A stretch of 64,000 nucleotides of DNA from Antedon mediterranea (taxonomy: Eukaryota > Animalia > Echinodermata): assembly GCF_964355755.1 (NCBI RefSeq), contig NC_092673.1, positions 13,922,948 to 13,986,947 on the forward strand. Direction: 5' to 3'. The notes below the pieces were generated by a model. That model saw only the letters and a program-made list of their open reading frames with translations, made no database searches and was not told where the DNA came from. Of the stretch, positions 50,543 through 64,000 are shown piece after piece. A program made the position numbers and the translations under genes. Each line of letters starts with the position of its first letter. Position 1 is the first letter of the stretch.

Positions 50543-50893
50543 TTAGGTTGTGTTTACGAACTTTTAAAGTATCCGAATAACTGCTGCTGACAGCTAGCTC
50601 AAGGTCAATCCAAAATATTGTAACGGTTTACGAACCACACTGTAGCCGGATAATAGATAGAGCTCGCTATTCGAATAAACGGAAACACGTCATGCGAAAG
50701 GTACGCTGGTATAGCTTTTTGTAAACAATCGATCGCGGCCACCACCGGTGAAAACAGTACTCGCGTGATAAACAACACATAAGAATTCATCGTACAATCG
50801 GGAATTCTTTCACAAATTCAAACATATATATTTATATTTCTTTTTGATTTCTATATTACTCTCGCTGATCAAAGATAAGCCTATTCTAGTAAA

Positions 50894-52422
50894 ATGACGC
50901 CCATGGAGTTGTCGTTTTTGCTATGGGTATTATTCTTTGGTAGAAGAAACAGGCATAATAGGCCTACTAGTTATAGTAGTAGGAGTAGCATCGTAGGTCG
51001 GATAAGGGGTGTATCAAGAAGACGAACGATACGTCAAGTTAACACCACGGGTGTAATGTATTCCCGATTTCTTGAAGACATGATTGCCATCACCTATATT
51101 CAAGCTGTTAGGGAAGACATGATAAACCGTCCGATGAGAATGAGGCCACTATTCAGGTCAGACCACTGGTGGACTGTTAATGTTCTGGAACATTTTAGTA
51201 ACACCCAGTGGAGAGAACATTTTAGAATGACAAAGCCAACTTTTGATAGACTATGTCAAATGCTAGCCCCATATTTACAAAGAGAAAGGGAAGATCGGTC
51301 GCTTACTGTAGAAAATTGTGTCGCGATTTGTATTTATCGCCTTTCTACAAACTGCGATCTTCGAACCATCGGAAATTTATTTGGAGTAGCCCGTTCAACG
51401 GCCTGTGTTGTAGTACATTCTGTATGCTATAACATTTGCCAACTGAAGGAACGTTTTATTGTTTGGCCTGTTGGTCAACGACTAGAAGAAACAATAAATT
51501 GTTTTGAACGTTTATATGGATTCCCTCAATGTGCCGGTGCAATTGATGGCAGCCACATTCCCATCATTGCCCCACACCAACACCACACTGACTACTACAA
51601 TAGGAAGGGATGGCATTCCATTGTTCTACAGGCTGTTGCTGACCATGATTTAACGTAACGATATAACATTTGTATTCAATACCCTTCCAAAAATGGAATG
51701 CAAGCTACAAACATTGAGCACGATTTTAATAAACATGTATTTTTTACCCTTCACAGATTTACCGATGTGTTTGTCGGGTGGCCTGGTCGTGCACACGATG
51801 CCAGGATTTTAAGGAATTCTTCCCTATATACAAAAGGCATGAATGGGGAGCTGTTTCCAATGGTAAGCATTGTTTGCCTGATATAAATATAGGTGCACCA
51901 TTGACCATTTGCAATTAACTTGTGTTTTGTTACAAAAACCATTGTCAAATTTATTGGGTTTGTTATGCATGAAAGCAACTATGAAATTTGTTTATTTGTT
52001 TTCAGTGGACACGTGAAATTAACGACATTCCAGTTCCAGTTATGATTCTTGGAGATCCAGCATATCCAATTTCCACATGGTTGATGAAAGGGTTTCCTGA
52101 GAATGATCATATGGGCAATGCAGAAAGGAGGTTTAATTATAGACTATCTAAAGCCTGTATGGTGATGGAAAGAAGTTTTGGGATGTTGAAGGGTAGATGG
52201 AGAGTTTTGATGAAAAGAAATGACAGCGACCTGAGCTATGTCCCGCGCATGGTTCTTTCTTGCTGCATTCTCCACAATTTTTGCATAGAAAATGGTGAGG
52301 TTTATAATCCCTCATGGGATGTTGAAGATGAACTTGAACAGCCACCTAGAGTGAATGAAGAAAATGCTGCTAATATAACAGGAAATCAAATCAGAGCAGC
52401 ACTAGTCAACTACTTCAATTAA
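50894..52422 (+). CDS. Second Harbinger transposase, 3 exons (50894-51654, 51757-51862, 52006-52422), 427 aa
   Basis: Open 1284-nt spliced frame with AIDGSH, GDPAY and MERSFG, and the same intron positions as the 34922 gene. A candidate left end TTA|GGTTGTGTTTAC lies at 50546. Confidence 0.9.
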
Positions 52423-52959
52423 ACAACCATTTATTAATGCAGTAGATTATTACAGTATTAATAAGTTACACTAAAATAAATCATGTAGAACATTGCTGTT
52501 TCTTTCCAGCATTTTACAGTACAGATGACTATTTGTAGTATCGTAAACAAGCTAATCTAACATATATAATTTTTCTGGAAAGATTTTTTTTTTTATTGTT
52601 TGTGTTTGGCACATTACTGTTACGTATGATTAACGTTTTTAAGATGACGTGAACAATTATTTCATCTTAAAGTTTATGTAATATTTTTTACAAATATTGT
52701 TTCTGTCATTCAAATTTATTAAAATTTAAAAAAACATAATCTGTACATTGATTGATATATTTTAGGCGTACAGTAGATAAATTTTACAGTTGTTCTGCTG
52801 TATTTCAAGGTTTGTGTATTATTTTTTTACTGTACTATATTAAAGTAAACTAATCAATCTAAATACAAATACTAAATTGTAAAAACCTGAACATCATACC
52901 TATCTAGATATTACCCCGGGGGTTTCTGCCTGTGGTGATAAAAATGTAATCACTCCTAG

Positions 52960-53210
52960 AAATCATAGAGAACAACTCAACCTAACAGCCAAGACATTCA
53001 CGCCATCCTATGATGCCATTGCCGAAATTGTGAAAAGCTTAAGAAAGCCTATACACACGATAAAGAAATTTAACGGAAACCCAATAGAATACCCAAGATT
53101 TAAGAGGCAGTTCAATTCTCACATTGTTACCAATACCAATTCTGAGGAAGAAAAAATGGCATATCTTGAAGAAATGACAATAGGAGAAGCCAATAGAGTT
53201 GATGTAGGTT
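52960..53210 (+). pseudogene. BEL/Pao gag-like fragment
   Basis: IKKFNGNPIEYPRFKRQF..EKMAYLEEMTIGEA. Confidence 0.65.
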
Positions 53211-53999
53211 ACAGCTTTAGATGAGTTTTCGTTGTTCCTGGTAGAGTGCTTACACACATTTGGTATCACATATGATAGCAAGGTTTAAAGTATTTTATAT
53301 GTACTACTGTATTTGAATATCAATTTGAAGGAATTATACTTTCTGTTATTTTCAGTTACCATACGTACCAACACACATATTCAATCATTGAATAAAACGG
53401 TTATACTTAACGGAGCATTTCTAAGCTGTTTGATTTGTGTCCTCGCGAGGTCACCGTCCGTTTGACCTTTTAGTGGGTATACAATGGTAAACAAACACAG
53501 CGAGAGGTATGTTAAAGCATGGGAGAACTGAGAGATGATCATCTTAAAAAGCAATCGTCAAAACTAGCCTTTTGATGGAATGGCATGGTAAGGATGTTAT
53601 TTATTTTCTAAACTTATGTTTTATATTCACTGTAGAATTATTTGGGCATTTGGTTCGGAATCATCGACTTTATTTATGTATTGTCATTTTTGGTTTGACA
53701 CATATATATACGTTGCATTTAATACATGTTAACTGTTGATTTTATTTACAAATGTTGCGTAAACATATTAATTATTATCTTTCATTCTTCTTCATGCTCC
53801 TATTGCATCTTCCATGTATTATGTGATGTTCTTCGGCGCTTAAACAGACACCCAAGCCTCCTAGGCCTAGTAGACGAAGTACAGCATCAGGCAACAGTCT
53901 GTTCTCATCCTCTTTCTATTCCTATTTTTTTCCTCTTTAATAAATCTCTTCAAACCAGAAAATGTCCTTCCTATTCATGGGGGGGGGGGGGGAGGGACC

Positions 54000-54210
54000 A
54001 ATAAATTCATTTCCAACTATAGAGCTATCTATCTGTTGCCTACCATTTCTAAATTGTTTGAAAAAATTGTTTTAAACCATATTTCGACTCATGTTTCTCC
54101 TGCCATTGCTTTCTGTCAGCATGGCTTTGTAACTGGTAGGTCATGTGAAACAAACCTTGCCACCCTTTGGACCACAGTCTGCCAAGCTATTGATGACAGG
54201 AAGCAATGTG
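54000..54210 (+). pseudogene. LINE RT N-terminal fragment
   Basis: NYRAISLLPTISKLFEKIV..QHGFVTGRSCETNL. Confidence 0.8.
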
Positions 54211-54544
54211 CTATTATTTACAGATCATCTGTTTTGGGGGATAGCAAATCATTTTTAGAAGGGGGGGGGGGGGGTTCGTAATAAGCTGTGTTTATCAGTT
54301 GATTTTATTTTATTTTATACACTTTTACTATATCTTGTTTTGTATTCATTGTGTAAAGTAATGATCTACTGTATGTATTGATGTAAATTGGGGGGGGGGG
54401 GTAGGATAGGGGTTGATAGTTGCTTTTGCCTTTTTTTACTTTTCTGTTAATTGTTATATTTTATATTGTGAAGGATGCACCTTTGTGCTAAGTGTGCCAC
54501 CGATCTAAAGGTGTAATTCCAAATAAATAAATAAATAAATAAAA

Positions 54545-55008
54545 CTGAGAAAAGATTTATTGGAGGTCTTCCCAGACTCTCAATTTAAAAAAACCAAAAA
54601 CATTAATCTGTCGAAAGGGTGGATCCAGCCATTTGTGAGTTAAAGAAAGATGTACAGGAACTTAAGAATTCCCTAAGGGACGTAATTGGGGCCTTGAAGG
54701 GGTTAAGACCTACAGAAAAATCATATCGCTCAGAAACCATTTGCTATAGTTGTGGACGACCAGGTCATTTAGCTAGAAATTGCAATTTTAATGCGCCAAA
54801 CAGGTTCCCTTTTAAATGTTTCAATTGTGGGCAAGTGGGGAGAAATCTATTCCAGTTGTCCCTTCTCAAGTACAATTGGATGATAAGCCTATTCCTGAAA
54901 TTATTACTACAGGGGTTGGGGTTGTTCAAGCAGATCTAGATAATGTAAATCCTTCTGAGTTGTTGGTAACAAAAAGCACCATGGTAGAGATTGAGATTAA
55001 TGGGTTAA
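54545..55008 (+). pseudogene. Gypsy gag end and protease start (host of the Kolobok insertion)
   Basis: CYSCGRPGHLARNC and CFNCGQVG; VEIEINGL continues as KTPCVMDTGAETS after the insertion. Confidence 0.85.
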
Positions 55009-55423
55009 AGATGATATGAAACGATTTTGAAAATTTAAATAAATTAGTGTTTATGAATCTGTCTAATGTAAATAACTAACACACCAGAAAATAGGTTTAA
55101 ATACCTCATAAAACTCGAAAAATAAACAAATTAAGTTTTAAAGAAAATCCTCCGGAAAATGGCCGACCAACTTGCACGCCATATTGGTTTTCACGATCGC
55201 TCTAAACACACGTACGTCCGATCGCTCAGCTGATTTGAAATACCCGCGGTAGTAGCCACGGCAGCCGTTGTTATGTGATTGGTTACTCTTTTTCAACCCA
55301 GGCGAATCGTGATTGGTTGATTTCATGCACTTTGACAGAGAGAGACACAGCGAGCTTGACGTTTCATGCATGACGACGAAAACAACATGTGCGACACAAT
55401 CTCACCATCATTATTTTCGCAAG

Positions 55424-57778
55424 ATGCCGAGTGCTTGTTGTATCGGTGGATGTAACCGGACTGGATCAACACACCCAAATGTTTCTTTTTTTTTATTCCC
55501 CGACAAGTTAAAACACAGTGAAACGTTTAATAAATGGACTGAATTTGTTAAGTTAACTAGAAAGGGGTATGTGTGGAAGCGGACTAACAGAATATGTAGC
55601 GCCATATTTCTGAAATGAAGAAGACGGGGGTGGTGGTAAAGCCGAGACTAAAAACGGATGCTTACCTCACCATAAAAGCTCCGGTAAGTGAGGAAGAAGG
55701 CCTACCACCCCAACCCAAAAAACGGAAAGTGCGGCCTCGGACTGCGGCGTGTCGAAGACGCGAGGTTGAAAGGGTCAGAAATATTTTTATAAATTAAAAT
55801 CCCCTGCGTGGACGGTTGCCTACGTACGTAACGTTGTCGTTCAAATCTAGGCCCACCTGATTATACTGTACTATCATAATCGTTCGATTTAGTTTATGAA
55901 AATAATAATAAAATATTTAAATTAAAATATTTCCTTTTAAATCTGTGGGCCCAGAGGCCCAGACTATCTAGGTAACCATATAGGTCCTCGTTGGTGAACC
56001 ATTATACATAGGCCTATTATTAGGCCTAGTGTAACCAGGGAGTTGTCCTGGTGTAACACTCTGACCATCAGGTCAACAACCCTTCAATCACTATTTCTAC
56101 TGGCCTACTGTATAACTCACATCCTTAATCAAGTAGTGTTTCCTCATCATCATCAAGAAATATTCCCCCAGGCTTGGTATGTTAGTTTTAACAAAAACAT
56201 TTTAAAAGTTTATTTTACAAAATTGTATGACAATTTTTTTAATTCACACCAGTTGATAATTTTAATAATTGTTATTGCTAAAGAATACCCAGGTAAGCCA
56301 TGGAGGTACCTCCATGGAAGCTTGGCCTAGTCTAGACCTGGATACTGTGTGGTTCTGTTTTGTTATCATCAAGGAGCTTTGTTACCAAACAAAGAATGGA
56401 AAGTTTCCAACCTATGTATTCTTACTTTTCATTTTATATTTCATTTCAGATTCTGATTGAAGAAGAATTGCCTGGTACATCATCGATATGTACTTTTTTT
56501 TCATTACTTTGATGCATGGCACATTGCCAAGGGTAAGTAATATGTCTTAATAGTTATTTTACTCAAATTACCACAAATAAAAGGAATCAATGTATGTCAA
56601 ATGATGTAAAAAGGTACGACTTTTTTCGTCTTACTGTAATTTTGTTTTTTTTATATATATAAAATATATTCAGGAATAAAGAAAAAATGCATAAAAGCCA
56701 GCAATAACAAAGAATGTGACAAAATTGGCAAATGGATACCATCCATTATCAGGATGGTATATTGGATCGGAAATACCACACAAGAAACGGAGGACTTGGA
56801 TGCCGATGGTGAACTGAGGAAGCAAACATTCCAAAGCATATATAATCACATACGGGGTATTCATAATCACGAAACCACACTATATCCCAAATGCCTTCAT
56901 GGAGAGCTGGAACCTCGAGACTACATTCAACCAAGTAAGTTGTAGTATTGATTTTGGTGAAGATTATTGACAGTTTTTTTTTATTTTGCTAAAATTTATA
57001 TTTTTTTTTTCCAGATTCAAAAGCGGAAGAAGTAGTTTCAAACATCCTGAATTCACCTTATTTGTTGAGATCTATTAAGCAGTTGTCACCAACTATCCAG
57101 ACCTATTCAAATGAATCGTTTCATCAAATTATTAATCATTTTGCGCCAAAAATGCACCATTTCAGGTTTAAGGGCATGCTTGCAAGGTATAATTTGATAG
57201 AATAGCATATTGTATAATTTAATGATAGAGAACCAATTAAGTAAGGTCTTTATAATCTATGATTTACACTAATTAAGCCTGAAGCCTTTAACAATCAATG
57301 TAATGTGTTGTAATTCTATATTGTGCATTTACTTCAGAACCTACCTTGCAGCCTTGCATTGCAATGAGAATGTTGGCAGGCCACAAAGGGTCAACAAAAA
57401 AGGGGACACAGAACACTCTTTGTGGTATTCACGGGCAAAAAAGGACTGGATGGCCAAAAAACATCTTGTTGATCCCACATTTGGTAAGGACCACTTACTA
57501 TTAATTGTTACTAAGTTATGCCATAATTGAAAGTGTTTGTAAGCAAAATGTGGAACTAATTTATAAAATATCCTATTACATTAAACAGTAATATTTTTGT
57601 CTTTGCAGTTTATGCCATCAACACCATTGAAATGGCGATGTATATGGCCAAAACTAATACAAAAGGATTATATTACACGGCAGAAATGATGTGTGATCCT
57701 GGTACAATTACAGAAAAACTGCCAAAACCAGACAAGACAGACTTTGTTGCAAAGTTAATCTCTAGATTTAAGCATTAA
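55424..57778 (+). pseudogene. Kolobok transposase: THAP domain plus C-terminal exons
   Basis: THAP: MPSACCIGGC..FLFP..W..ICS..F. Downstream exons: KWIPSIIRMVYW, SPTIQTYSNESFHQIINHFAPK, TYLAALHCNEN. The central part is missing and frameshifted. Confidence 0.8.
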
Positions 57779-58060
57779 CTTTACACTGCTTCACAGAACT
57801 TGTGTCATAAATTTAGATTATTTTTATTTTATCACTACCTTGATCACTGATTTTATATCTCGGAGAAAAAGAATTGTTTAGTTGTTAATTTATTCCTTTG
57901 TTTTAGTTCATTGTATTTTGACATGCATGCTTCTGTTGTTCACAAAAAAAAACAGGTATTTATTCATAAGGTAACTACTGTACATTTATTTTTATACGGC
58001 AGGAACTACTGTACATAGATTTGTATTTATATGGAGTGTTAATTCATAAAATAAACTAAA

Positions 58061-59275
58061 CTAGTCTTCATCCAATCGAGGATATGTAAATGCTGTATAA
58101 TTTTGTTCAGGGTCAGGAAAAGCTTCGCTAATTTTATTTATTACACAGGATGTAATTGGGACACGCCTGTGTCGCCCAAGATACCTCCAACACCAACGCA
58201 CAAACTGTCGATACGCTGTATACCTGTATTTCCTGTGCAAAAAAAAAATAACTTGTAAAAAATGATTTTTTGAATAAAAATAAAGGCAAATCAGTTACAA
58301 ATTACTATACTGCAAAAACATGGTGTTTACCTTTCTATTCTTCCTTCCACAACGAGTTCATCATATTGAGATGCATACGCAATTTGGAGGGTTGCCGGAT
58401 TAAGAATGGCAGCTTGGAACCAGGGATGGGTGGTGATACATCCATTATGTTCATTTTCCTTATTTTTATCCAATATTTTCTCTACCTGTTTATTTTTAAA
58501 AAAAAGTGATATTTTCACTAATGGAATTTATTTACTATCAATCATACAATTGAAAATGTATGGTTATGTTTTAATACATAATTTAACACTGCTTACTTCT
58601 TGACAACAATATCTATTTTCTCACATTCTCCTCTACAACACCTGTAGTAGAAAAAGAAGGAATATGAATATGTTGTTAGAATGTCTCACTTAAAATATGA
58701 AGGTCTAGGCCTAGTTAGGCTAGTAGACTAGTTAGTAGTACGCCTACTCTACTACTTACTAGCCCTAAAATAAAGCATTTATATATTACTATACTAGCTA
58801 GAGGCCTATATGCTAGGCCTACTAGCCTAGGGACTCCCTAGTCTAGTAGTACTCTAGAGTCTAGGCCTAGTACTAGGAGGCCTAGGATATTATTACTGTA
58901 TTAATACTAGCTAGGCTAGCTAGGCCTACTACTAGGCCTAAGGCCTATATAGTTTTAGGCCTTATTAATTATACAGTACTTTATCCCCAAACCTAGACTA
59001 CCACTTTACTCCCTCCTTACAAATAAATATACCTACCAATCTCGTCCTTGTCTCAAATGAAGATTTTGTGGTAGGCCCATCGCTGCGAATCCATGTGCTC
59101 TAGCCCGATCTCGGTGGTGTGCAGCATCGCCGCCGAGTAGGCTCACTTCTCCCTCCGCTCAACCAGCGGGCACCCTTGGATCGTTTTCAAACACTCCTCT
59201 CCAATTCACTGCAACAATATCATGCTCATCTTCGGATGATGCCGAGGACGATAAGGACGACATATCGCTATCCAT
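58061..59275 (-). pseudogene. Kolobok accessory gene with a P2X7 C-terminal (ballast)-like Cys-rich domain, 4 exons
   Basis: WCCRGEC..CCQE, GCITTHPWFQAAILNP and YRYTAYRQFVRWCWRYLGRHRRVPITSCVINKISEAFPDP..Y, with one TGA in exon 1. Confidence 0.82.
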
Positions 59276-59812
59276 TTAAAATTATTGTAAATATTAGATA
59301 GTATATAGTAGAAATAAAACGTAAAGCTATCTAGCGATTGAAAAATTAAATGGCGTCCATACACAACAAACGAACGAGTCGAAAGTGTATCTGACGCATG
59401 CGTATTATCGGTTCGTGTACCTAGCTTGTGTAGGGTTTGACTGAATGTTTCGGAGAAAATGAGCGTGAAAAACGAAATTAAAAATCAATTTATATAAAAA
59501 AATGAAGGAAATATTCCATAATTTCAACGATTTACGATGTATTAATCATTTAAGAATGAAACTGTAAAGCGGATAAGTTAATATCGAAATAGTTTTGGCG
59601 CAGTGGACGATTAACCCAAAAATTCCTATCTCCTCCTGTACAAAAGTTTCCGCTTGTGACGTCACAGGCGGATTTGTTTTCATTTCTTAGGGCTGTTTTC
59701 TATGCGTCATCGTCATCTCTGAAATGTACTCTAACAGTCAGCTGTATGTAACAGTATATACTACGTGTTGAAAACATAAAATCAAACTTTTTGGAATCGT
59801 TTCATATCATCT

Positions 59813-61300
59813 TTAAAGACACCATGTGTGATGGACACTGGTGCTGAGACTAGTTTGATTAATGGCTCATTTTTTAATAAACATTTACGGGATAGGACTG
59901 GGACTCCCAATGCTTTAAATGATTCTTTTAAAGTAGTCAGAGTTTCAGGTATATATATACCAATTGAGGGTTATGTTAGGGTCAGAGTTAAACTGGGGAC
60001 TAATGTTAGTGAAGTTGGATTCCTTATAATGAAAGAAGATTTCACTTTTCAGAAAAAATCTCATCCAGTAATATTGGGGTGCAATGTGCTTCGTGTTTTA
60101 CTTCCAGGGAAGGAGGGAATTTCACTAGTGAAGGAAGTGTTTAAGGAGGCAAATAATTACCTTAATGCAATAACTGTGGCTAAGGAAGAAAAAAATTGCT
60201 CCTTTAAGCATTACTAAAGTCAAATGTTATATACAGAATTCAGAATCTTTGAATAATAATGTTCTTGTGTTACCTACCTCTGAGAAAACAAATATAACTA
60301 ATATTCCTATAAATATCCTGGATGGTTGTGTTAATATTAAGGGACGGGATATCCCTATTGATGTAGTAACTAATTCAACTGAGAAAATTAAGTTAATTTC
60401 TGGCGAAATAATTGCTTCTGCGGCCAAAGCGGAAAACCGACCAGAGATTGTTAGTCGAGAACTGAATAGTATGGTTGAAGTGGGTGTGGTAGATGTAGTG
60501 AATGAAAGTGAAGAGAATGGTCCATCCAGTATTCTGGCTGGGAAGGGGCTGGTTAATGATGATATTTATGTTGGTGAAGATGATACTATGGTGGAGTTGC
60601 CTTGTGATGTTAACTTTAGTAAATTAATTCCTTCGGCGGGGAAGCAAAATAAATGTGCAGATGCGAGTAAATACCCTAATTGTCCGGATTATGTCGAGAC
60701 GAATTTGGAGTCTACCCATAAAATTAGATTAGATTCTGGGAATCGGGATCATAATTTCATAAAAAACCAGAAATGTGCTATGGAGGCAGCAAATAGAATA
60801 GCTAGAGATAATATAGAGAAAGCCCACAAAGTTAGTGAAAGATTACAATTTGAGAAGAAGAATTTTGTGTTGGGGATAGGGTTCTATTAAAACGTATGGC
60901 TTTTGAGGGAAGACATAAACTTTCGGATAAATATTACAGTGATAAATATATCATCATAAATGTAAATAAAACCGGGGATGTATATGACATTAAACCTGCT
61001 ATGGGAGGTCGGACAAAAAATGTAAATCGGGTGTTGTTGATTTGTGATCCGAGAGGCGATTTGTGCGACCCACCTGTATTTTGGCCCAATACTTGTCAAA
61101 TGACTAAGGAAAGTAATGGTGAAAGGTATGAGCTTCGAGAGTTAAGTGAAAGTAGTGATAGTGAAGAGGATGATTGTTTAATAATGAAACCCCTCATCTG
61201 CCTGTACACCTATTGTGCCTTTAAGACGCTCCCAGCGACAAGATAAAGGAAAACATAGTAATCCTCACAACCTACCACGATATTTACGAGAATAATTATG
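59813..61300 (+). pseudogene. Gypsy pol remnant (protease and integrase tail; RT/RNase H deleted)
   Basis: MDTGAETSLI..VILGCN, and GRHKLSDKY..VYDIKP..NRVLL. Confidence 0.8.
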
Positions 61301-61458
61301 ATCCAAGTAAATAAAATAAGATAATGTGTATAATTGTTGTATTGTAAAGTATAGATTGATATAGTTAAAGCTATTGCAATGTAAAAAAAAAATTAAAATA
61401 AGAAAAAACTATAAAAATGTATGTATTTTGGGGACAAAAATACTCAGTCAGGATGGAA

Positions 61459-62169
61459 TGTGGGATCTATACTGTAACCATTCAGGGGTGACGGACATGC
61501 GTGGTAGAATAATTTAGACCGGAGTATATATAGCGGCCCGCACGTGGGTAGAGGTTGTGCATATCCATCGTGGCTGAGTAGAGGCAGTTACTATACCATT
61601 TAAATTGTCAGTTATTTGTTTTCAGGTACGTTGTAATACTATATCGTAGATTAAGATATGAATCATTGAATCAATTGTTGTATTTAGTCACGGTAATGAA
61701 TAGTAGTATTGGATTAAAAGTGTTATTTATGCTCATATATGTAATTGTAATTGATGGTACACTGACTCGCCGATACACAGTGTGCGAGTTTGGATTTGGT
61801 TTAGTAAAGATGTGTATGCACCATTCCAAAATTAACATCGTTTAATCCAGGTATAGATGTGGTTATCACTTGTTATATATAATTGATAATAATGTAACAC
61901 TTATGCGATGTGTATGTATTGTACTAAAGATAACGTAATGAGAATAACAATTGTTAGCAATTGTTCAAATGTGGATTATTATGTATGTTTATGTGGCTGA
62001 CTGTAGTTTATATGTGATAAATGCCAGTGAATGAATCCGGTTGTGGCCGATTGTAGTTTATATATGATAAATACCAGTGAATATGAATGTGAATATGAAT
62101 AAATGAAATACTGATGGAAATCAATGCTGCCTTCATATGATTGTGTCCGACTGATCTCGAACTACCACA
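61459..62169 (+). repeat. 3' LTR (~711 bp)
   Basis: Purine tract AGGATGGAA, then TGTGG...CCACA termini, with AATAAA near 62098. Confidence 0.7.
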
Positions 62170-62199
62170 TTTATATTTACAGACATTCATTCTGACTTG

Positions 62200-63012
62200 G
62201 TGAAAGAAGAAAGAAATGCCAGGAAAATAGGAGAAGAGGCTGCTGACAAGTTTTAAAACTTATTGAAAAAAGTGAAGACTTTTTTTCAGTAATTAAGCAA
62301 AAGAAACTCAAAACCTTCTCACACAACACTACAAACACAAAGAAAATTGCCAAAGAAATGCTACTGAAGACTAGCAGAATTTTCTTCTCCCGTCTTTGTG
62401 TCGTTTGACAGAAAAGTGACATTAAACTACCCGAAGTTTTTAAATACTCCCTTGGTGATGTTTCTTTTCCATTCCAAAGGAGCATTAGCAAAAACTGACA
62501 AGTCAGCTTTACTGAAAGCTTTAGAAGATAAATGTGAAGATGTGATAATTAAAGATTCACCTGGATCAGGCTTAATAGTTGATAGAATGAGAGCAGGAAG
62601 TGGGTATTAAAATTTATGGTCCAGAACAGAAGACACCAAGGCAGTTTAAGATATTTTTAAGTCATGGCAAAAACAAGGTAGAGCTGGTAGAATGTTTATT
62701 TCAGTCCTGGAAATAGATGACAACATCTATTAAAATACTAGTGACAAGTTATGCCATGAGCTCTCTTGGAAGGACGGTGAGTGTAGATCCATTGAAATTC
62801 ACACATTAGAAAGTGATCATGAGGAAGCAGACACAAGGCTTTTGCTTCATGCCAGTACACACCATCCTTCTGTAGTCATCAATAGCCCAGACGTGATGTT
62901 GCTATCCTGGGTATTCATCACCAAGATATTGCATCTAATTTATACTTCTGGACAGGAATAAAAAAAATGAATGATTGATTTAAAGAAAATGTCCGATCAG
63001 CTTGGGTCAAGT
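62200..63012 (+). pseudogene. Academ transposase/XPG remnant from a different family
   Basis: GALAKTDKSALLKALE, GPEQKTPRQF..FLSHGKNKVEL, SDHEEADTRLLLHA and VVINSPD. Confidence 0.8.
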
Positions 63013-63748
63013 GTTTAATCAGGCTTCACACATGCTTTTCTATTTGGCTCTTTAACCATTCGTTTTGTGCTTTCATCATTGAGTGCTTTTACCTTTCGGC
63101 CCTTTTCACATCTCAACAAATATGACCTTTGACATCGGGCCAAATGACAAAATGTGACTGCTGCATGGAGCCTAGTCAAACTTGCCCAAGTCCGAAGCAG
63201 GTTGTTTCCAATAGGTGAAAAATTGTTCAACCAATCAAAACTCGGGGTTTTTCGATTTGGGTGTTTCATTTTTAAGTTGCTAAGGTATTTTTGTTATTTA
63301 ATGTTTTATTTTTTATTCACTGTGATTTTTCATTTGCTGTGGCTTTTTTCAAATTGCTGTGGCTTTTTTTTAAAAGTAAGTTGCCGTGATATTATTTGAA
63401 AGGTGCCGTGCCACCATAATTTTCTAATGAAATTCACACATAACATAACATAAACGGATACTAAACCAGCAAATTTGTATTTATCTACTGTTGTGATTTT
63501 TTGTGGTACCAGTGCGTTTGATCTATTGTATTTTGCCATAGATTGGTGGCTGTTTTAGGATCGACTGTACTGTTATTGATATATTTTGTGGAAGCGGTAC
63601 TTACGATACTGTGATATTTTACGGAAGCTACGTTTTGTTTAATTGTAAGTACAAAAACATTGTTTTAAGAACAGTGCATTATTTTATTGGGAAGAGTAGA
63701 CTTGTAACTAAGATTAACTAGTAACAAGACCCTCATCCAAATTAAAAT

Positions 63749-64000
63749 ATGGCTGATAAACAATCAACAACAAGATCCGATGAATCTGATTCTGATGTAG
63801 AATCGGTGCAGTCATTACAACCTGAACAACAGGCACAAGAGTCTGGACAAACCAGTGGACATAACCCTGCAGGGGCGGACTCATTTTCAAAAGATTTGTT
63901 GTTGTTGATGCAACAACAGAATCTTATGATGCAACAGATGATGGAACAACAAGAACGTTTACGTCGGAAAGATACTGAGAAACAAGAACGTTTACGTCAA
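63749..64000 (+). CDS. Open frame running off the window, possibly a retroelement gag N-terminus
   Basis: MADKQSTTRSDESDS...LLLLMQQQNLMMQQMMEQQERLR has no stop to the window end and no diagnostic domain. Confidence 0.35.
   Translation, partial: MADKQSTTRSDESDSDVESVQSLQPEQQAQESGQTSGHNPAGADSFSKDLLLLMQQQNLMMQQMMEQQERLRRKDTEKQERLRQ

Larger units (their letters stand above)
55009..59812. mobile_element. Kolobok DNA transposon (4804 bp), internally deleted
   Basis: Perfect 18-bp TIR AGATGATATGAAACGATT / AATCGTTTCATATCATCT with a TTAA TSD (55005-55008; 59813-59816), a THAP-containing transposase and a convergent second gene. Confidence 0.92.

Overview
Eukaryotic (animal, probably marine invertebrate) DNA made almost entirely of nested transposable elements; no host gene is convincingly present. 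It holds at least seven Ty3/Gypsy LTR elements or fragments, one of them complete (13299-17715: both LTRs, PBS, PPT, 5-bp TSD, one frameshift). It also holds a complete two-gene PIF/Harbinger with both spliced ORFs open (34568-39031), a second intact Harbinger transposase, a Kolobok with a THAP transposase and a P2X7-ballast-like gene (55009-59812), a CACTA/EnSpm-type element, hAT, MULE, Academ, BEL/Pao and LINE remnants, a Deu/Nin-type SINE and several tandem arrays. The most striking structure is a four-level nest at 10849-20070: a Harbinger transposase interrupted by a TAG..CTA MITE, interrupted by a palindromic Academ element built from two 3' halves, interrupted by a Gypsy, with each of the three insertions bounded by an exact TSD. 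Other notable signals are a minimal hammerhead ribozyme inside a fold-back (27528-27564), a GGGGAC-loop hairpin before the PPT of two divergent Gypsy elements, SprT-like and Ulp1-like protease cargo, and TAGGCCTA-rich tracts near the 5' ends of unrelated TE genes. All family assignments come from motif recognition by eye; no searches were run.
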